Made by a program: the position numbers and the translations under genes. Positions 46,601 through 49,938 of a DNA stretch of 49,938 nucleotides are shown piece after piece. The notes beneath the pieces are model-generated. The model was not told where the DNA came from, searched no databases, and saw nothing but the letters and a program-made list of their open reading frames with translations. The DNA lies in the IMG/VR virus record IMGVR_UViG_3300032167_000030, one strand, 5' to 3'. Source of the DNA: an uncultured virus (IMG/VR IMGVR_UViG_3300032167_000030) (lineage: Duplodnaviria > Heunggongvirae > Uroviricota > Caudoviricetes). The stretch's first letter is position 1; each line of letters begins with the position of its first letter.

Positions 46601-47828
46601 TGTTTTTAGAGATGATATATTAGATAAAGAATCTTCCAGAGCTGATTATATTACTGGATTAGTATTAGATAAAGAATATATATTAAGACTCTATGTATTT
46701 AATGATGATACCAAGACTGGTGATCCTATTGAAACCTTAACTGAAGATTATACTGATGTTACTATTAAATTACTTAACAATAATGTTAAGAATAATCACC
46801 AGATTATTTATTATGATAATTTAACTGCTACTTTAGATGAAAACTTTATTAATAAGTATAAAGATGATGATAACTTCTTCTATTATTCAATAAAGAATCT
46901 TGATGGTGTTTATATGTCTATTGGTCAGGCTGAATTAACTAATGCTGAAGGTGTCATGACCATTGGTGTATTAAATAAAAATGAAGTAGTAGCTGTTGAT
47001 TTCTATAATAAAGAAACTAAAGAATTTGTACAGCAGTTACTATTTGTAGTTATGGATGTTAATGATATTCGTATTGCAGCTAAAGGTATCTTTACTGGTA
47101 ATATAATGGATGGTTATACTATAGCTATTAATAAACTAGCTTTAAATGAAGAGTATTCTAAAATAGATTTTACTAATGCTGCTTTAAAAGATATCAATGG
47201 TAACACTATTGTAAAATACAATACTCAGTTAGTTAATGAAAATAATAACTATACTAAAAATAGTATGGCTCAGTATATCTATGTTTGTTTCAAAAACTTT
47301 AAAACTAGTACTGGTAATGTCCAAACTATTAATAAGTATATTGAAAAATCCATTAGAAATGGTAAGATTAGTCTTGATCTCTTCTTTGATATTGAAGGTA
47401 TTAATAAGATAATTGAATTACATGTTCCTGAAGGCAGTTATACTAATAGTGAATTTGATTATTTCAAATATGAAATGTTAGATATTTCTAGAGTATATAT
47501 CGATGATATAACTTATGAAGATGAAAACTGGCTGATTATCGAACCTATTATACCTGAAAATGAAATTATTGAATCAGTAGTTGAATTAAGACCTGAAGCT
47601 AGTTATAAAACTGATATTTCTGCTAGTGGTAATGACATAGAATTCCAGTTAAAGAAACGTGAATCTAATTTTGAAACTACATTGGATATTTTAAGATGTG
47701 GTTTAAACCGTTATTGTTATAGATCTGAAAGTAACAATATCTATGTTATAGATGTAGATATTGTTAAAGTTGACAATACTGCTGTTATTAATACCATCAA
47801 TAATAATGAAATAGAAATAGATAATTAA
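43659..47828 (+). CDS. Large virion structural protein with Ig-like repeats
   Basis: 1389 aa, beta-rich. Three units of V.(G/A).Y.(D/N) with DTVNVGKQYVTATF resemble bacterial Ig-like domains; VYVDGYRL...DY motif. Confidence 0.65.
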   Translation: MLKRMSVTFDSIVMEAMKNRDTSISTIDALKKQITPYATRKELKETFDKIIKEDPDYIRRYLKASSNIVYQTDVYIDSVETKQKLLYKNIFNNDSVYLNFGNGDKILIVCTDSSLASDNYDFYSDVFVNGIKLSKKNYIEMPSDKVYNFKTGGRRFLIDENKVNVGDIISVVIRKEPRCNSFYTTISIDNVNTKTYTIKKQDVGRYGEILDEDEDIAVLENLLIFKKSSLEKDEQYFQLNTKAFIKEYIPFVDALTFKGTIGKIGSGSDIISLPLENVKKNEAYKVLVAGTYGNFTCNAGDILFALETRETSNVDNWGFIPFNYRKLLILDLSEDNLNKNDVYLIINRKKHVECEFINTTELEDEEYIKYDANNHIILPLVDNSRKVAGCSLPLPVKSINDVEVYVDGYRLINNVDYIFVNDEDRNQYIQFIGILKPNSKVVFRNKNIDDTYNFYCKHNLDKITDYVAFNQEFQNLINIERIPNNTDLVILDTIKCVLYKDEYEEHRYRNNRDMFERFYRVIKNTDIAIAAIEKILESNPEIGKYEEIVVDEVDSILIDEAFIPNDSFEFVNNDRYLDFSLYVKSLVENNKIIINGIKVFDGVMFTKYTDDYSDIIDELVFLEESSVQTNFSYGIIDLDEYSVPICEDYIEVYLGRVRVPVCNKRSIINRYLKIDDQHITLKDAEIYSEINWSDYAKAIINMTRYPNEVRENIYTQLKNVDENNEIKNSWLKIVKDEKLDTNRKVETTDDIYYGRFKKISISTTNASDQKIKQNIYPIFRVLGYYSDEDYIDITEYCDYTFKNEFGEELPDFDTVNVGKQYVTATFNQGENGNLISDSITMEVVAIEVESIRIVSNTNIFTLNDNIFNSIRVIAHYENGNERILTEEEYTRTLTNFDGSIKYDEGIVDSEGSYIISAIYCDHIYDTKSILVSPVSSKRIKKLDVIPNSYLVDGEIITNLDIYATYNNNQIQKVTTDTVDVYVFRDDILDKESSRADYITGLVLDKEYILRLYVFNDDTKTGDPIETLTEDYTDVTIKLLNNNVKNNHQIIYYDNLTATLDENFINKYKDDDNFFYYSIKNLDGVYMSIGQAELTNAEGVMTIGVLNKNEVVAVDFYNKETKEFVQQLLFVVMDVNDIRIAAKGIFTGNIMDGYTIAINKLALNEEYSKIDFTNAALKDINGNTIVKYNTQLVNENNNYTKNSMAQYIYVCFKNFKTSTGNVQTINKYIEKSIRNGKISLDLFFDIEGINKIIELHVPEGSYTNSEFDYFKYEMLDISRVYIDDITYEDENWLIIEPIIPENEIIESVVELRPEASYKTDISASGNDIEFQLKKRESNFETTLDILRCGLNRYCYRSESNNIYVIDVDIVKVDNTAVINTINNNEIEIDN

Positions 47829-47850
47829 AGAAAGGATGGTTTAATACTAT

Positions 47851-48153
47851 ATGGAAAATTACATTATTTATATTGAAAATTTCGTTATGGGAACCAGACT
47901 TTCTTTAGATAAAAATAATGTAATAGGTAAGAAATATAATAGATGGGCCGTTGAGGATGACTTTAACGGCCTATCCTTGCCTACATTACTTTATAGTGAA
48001 GATAAAGATGGAAGACTTGGCGACTATATTTATGGATTTTATAAACCTGGTAGTACCGTAACTTTAAAATTTTATAGTAAAAATGGAAAAGAAGAAAAAT
48101 CCATAAATAATGTTGTTATTTTAGAGAAGAAGGGAGGAAACTATAATGTATAA
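47851..48153 (+). CDS. Hypothetical protein
   Basis: 100 aa ORF in the operon. Confidence 0.7.
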   Translation: MENYIIYIENFVMGTRLSLDKNNVIGKKYNRWAVEDDFNGLSLPTLLYSEDKDGRLGDYIYGFYKPGSTVTLKFYSKNGKEEKSINNVVILEKKGGNYNV

Positions 48154-49738
48154 AGAATATATGGACGGTCAAACTATTATGTTTAAATCAGATAGTTTTT
48201 GTAGAGCTTATCATCTAAAATATTTTAATGAACATTATAGTACTATTAACTCCCAGTTAGTTAATGTTAAAGAGATTTATTATAAATGTAAAAATTCTAG
48301 ATCTAGTTGGATTAACTATAGAAAAGCTATGCTATCTCAAATTGGTATTCATTTCGTTGATAAAATTACAAATGCTCCAAAATTAACCAATGAAGAACTA
48401 TATTTACTGCCAGATTGTGAATATATTGATGCTTATGGTTTTAAACATTTAATAGGAGCTAGAGATGGTTTAGATAGTCCATCTGCAGTTAAATCTAGAT
48501 TATCTCTTAAACCAGTAAATTTTGAAATGAAGTTATACTATGATATAATTGATGGGGCTAGAAAATATAGATTAGATGTAAACTTTAAAGCTGATGTTTC
48601 TAATGCTCTCGTAATATTTAATGGATGTTATTATCCTTATAAAATCAAAAAAGATGGAATTATCATAACTTACTATGAGGAAGATGGAGTAGAATTCCCC
48701 AAGAAATATGATAAATATGGTCTTCCTATTTTAGAAGATGATGGCAGTGTTAAAATATTCGATCCTAAAGAAAATAGAGAGTATTACAACATTATTCCTT
48801 ATACTTGGGCACATGTAACTAAAGAAAATGAATTCTATGCATCTAGTAGAAATGGCGAATGGATCCAAATGTCTGAACCTGTAGATTCTGGTTGTGTATT
48901 ATTTTATAATTCAGTTATGTATTTTTATGAAATTAATAAACAAAATGATTATTTAATTCGTATATTAGATATTGATTTTGGTAATTCTTCTAATTTTGAT
49001 ATTAACGATATTAAGATGGTAAGATTTGTTAATGAAAATAAAAATCAAGGTGTTTTAAAACAACAAAAATTAGTTGGTTTATTCCAGATTGATAAAAAAC
49101 ATGCTATGGTTTATTTCCCATCTTCTGTAGCTGAAGGTATGATAACCTATAATGGAATTAATGAAACTTTCCTTATTAATCCTGATAAAAAATCGTTAAG
49201 ATTTATGATGCCTCATGAAGTTTATGGAATGAATCATGACCTATTCACTACTATTTGTGAAGGATCTAAAATTTCTTGTATTAACTTCTATACTGGAGAT
49301 TTAGATGGAAATATCTATTCTATGCCACATGATGAATTAACTGGTATTGCTAATAAATTAATTAACAAATACAAAATGGATGCTAAAAAAGCTGAAGATG
49401 AATTAAATAAGCTACAAGAAAAAGTTGGTTTAGTTTATTCTAATTATAAAGATACTATTACTGAATATAAACAAATTGAAATTGAAGGCGTATTAAGACC
49501 TTATTTCGAACTTAAATATAAACCTATTGAAAGTAGTATTAAACTATTTATCAATGGTGTTGCATATAAAAATGATACGTATTTCTACTATTATTTAAAA
49601 GATAATGTAACTCCTATTTTAATTTGGGATTATCTTGAAATGGATAATGGTTTTGATATACAATCTGATTTTGATGTAACTGTTGTTTATGATGTTTTAT
49701 ATTCTGAAAATGAGAATTTTAACCCTAATAACAAATAA
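48146..49738 (+). CDS. Putative virion structural protein
   Basis: 530 aa; C-terminal FELKYKPIESSIKLFINGV motif typical of baseplate/tail beta domains. Confidence 0.6.
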   Translation: MYKEYMDGQTIMFKSDSFCRAYHLKYFNEHYSTINSQLVNVKEIYYKCKNSRSSWINYRKAMLSQIGIHFVDKITNAPKLTNEELYLLPDCEYIDAYGFKHLIGARDGLDSPSAVKSRLSLKPVNFEMKLYYDIIDGARKYRLDVNFKADVSNALVIFNGCYYPYKIKKDGIIITYYEEDGVEFPKKYDKYGLPILEDDGSVKIFDPKENREYYNIIPYTWAHVTKENEFYASSRNGEWIQMSEPVDSGCVLFYNSVMYFYEINKQNDYLIRILDIDFGNSSNFDINDIKMVRFVNENKNQGVLKQQKLVGLFQIDKKHAMVYFPSSVAEGMITYNGINETFLINPDKKSLRFMMPHEVYGMNHDLFTTICEGSKISCINFYTGDLDGNIYSMPHDELTGIANKLINKYKMDAKKAEDELNKLQEKVGLVYSNYKDTITEYKQIEIEGVLRPYFELKYKPIESSIKLFINGVAYKNDTYFYYYLKDNVTPILIWDYLEMDNGFDIQSDFDVTVVYDVLYSENENFNPNNK

Positions 49739-49755
49739 TTAGAATTTTTAAGAAT

Positions 49756-49805
49756 GTTGTTAGTTTGATAGATAACTATTAACTATCATTCTAACAACTT
49801 TTTTT
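49756..49805 (+). terminator. Intrinsic terminator
   Basis: gttgttag..tgatag/ctatca..ctaacaac followed by a T7 tract. Confidence 0.7.
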
Positions 49806-49833
49806 ATTTTTATAAAGAAGGGGGTTAAGAATT

Positions 49834-49938
49834 TTGATAGAAAAAAGACATGAACATGAAAAAAATCTTGGATCTTTAATTGATCTTTGTCAAATAAAAG
49901 ATGGTTCACAATTAAGAGAATTATTAGAGATTTTGATA
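49834..49938 (+). CDS. ORF truncated at the window end
   Basis: TTG after RBS aagggggt; frame open to base 49938. Confidence 0.5.
   Translation, partial: MIEKRHEHEKNLGSLIDLCQIKDGSQLRELLEILI

Noticed and set aside
1..49938. Stop-codon reassignment
   Set aside because: Conserved genes are full length in code 11, and the breaks seen are explained by introns.
1..49938. CRISPR array, tRNA or rRNA genes
   Set aside because: No regularly spaced direct repeats or cloverleaf seen by eye. Intergenic inverted repeats are unrelated terminator hairpins. tRNAscan was not run.

Overview
AT-rich, gene-dense segment of a large (jumbo) tailed phage, probably AR9/PBS1-like and probably infecting a Firmicute (inference). 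Mostly minus-strand non-structural genes: flotillin, VWA metallopeptidase with MoxR-type AAA ATPase, gyrA/gyrB, CCA-adding enzyme, RlaP-like nucleotidyltransferase, HicA, deaminase, ClpP, Trp-repeat proteins, class II RNR, Dda/RecD helicase, KptA, DnaB-like helicase and SbcD. Plus-strand islands carry virion genes (spike, baseplate wedge, large Ig-like protein). Three self-splicing elements can be read from the sequence: a LAGLIDADG intein in GyrA, and two group I introns, one in gyrB (20430-21720) and one in the AAA ATPase (9373-10526). Both introns carry an endonuclease ORF in the P1 loop with its own candidate late promoter. They share an identical 47-nt block although their cores and nucleases otherwise differ. 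Two phage-specific promoter motifs recur (ATATATHMTAA-N4-R and AACA-N6-TA), along with many long-stem terminators. No tRNA or CRISPR array was seen. All family assignments come from motif recognition by eye, not from database searches.
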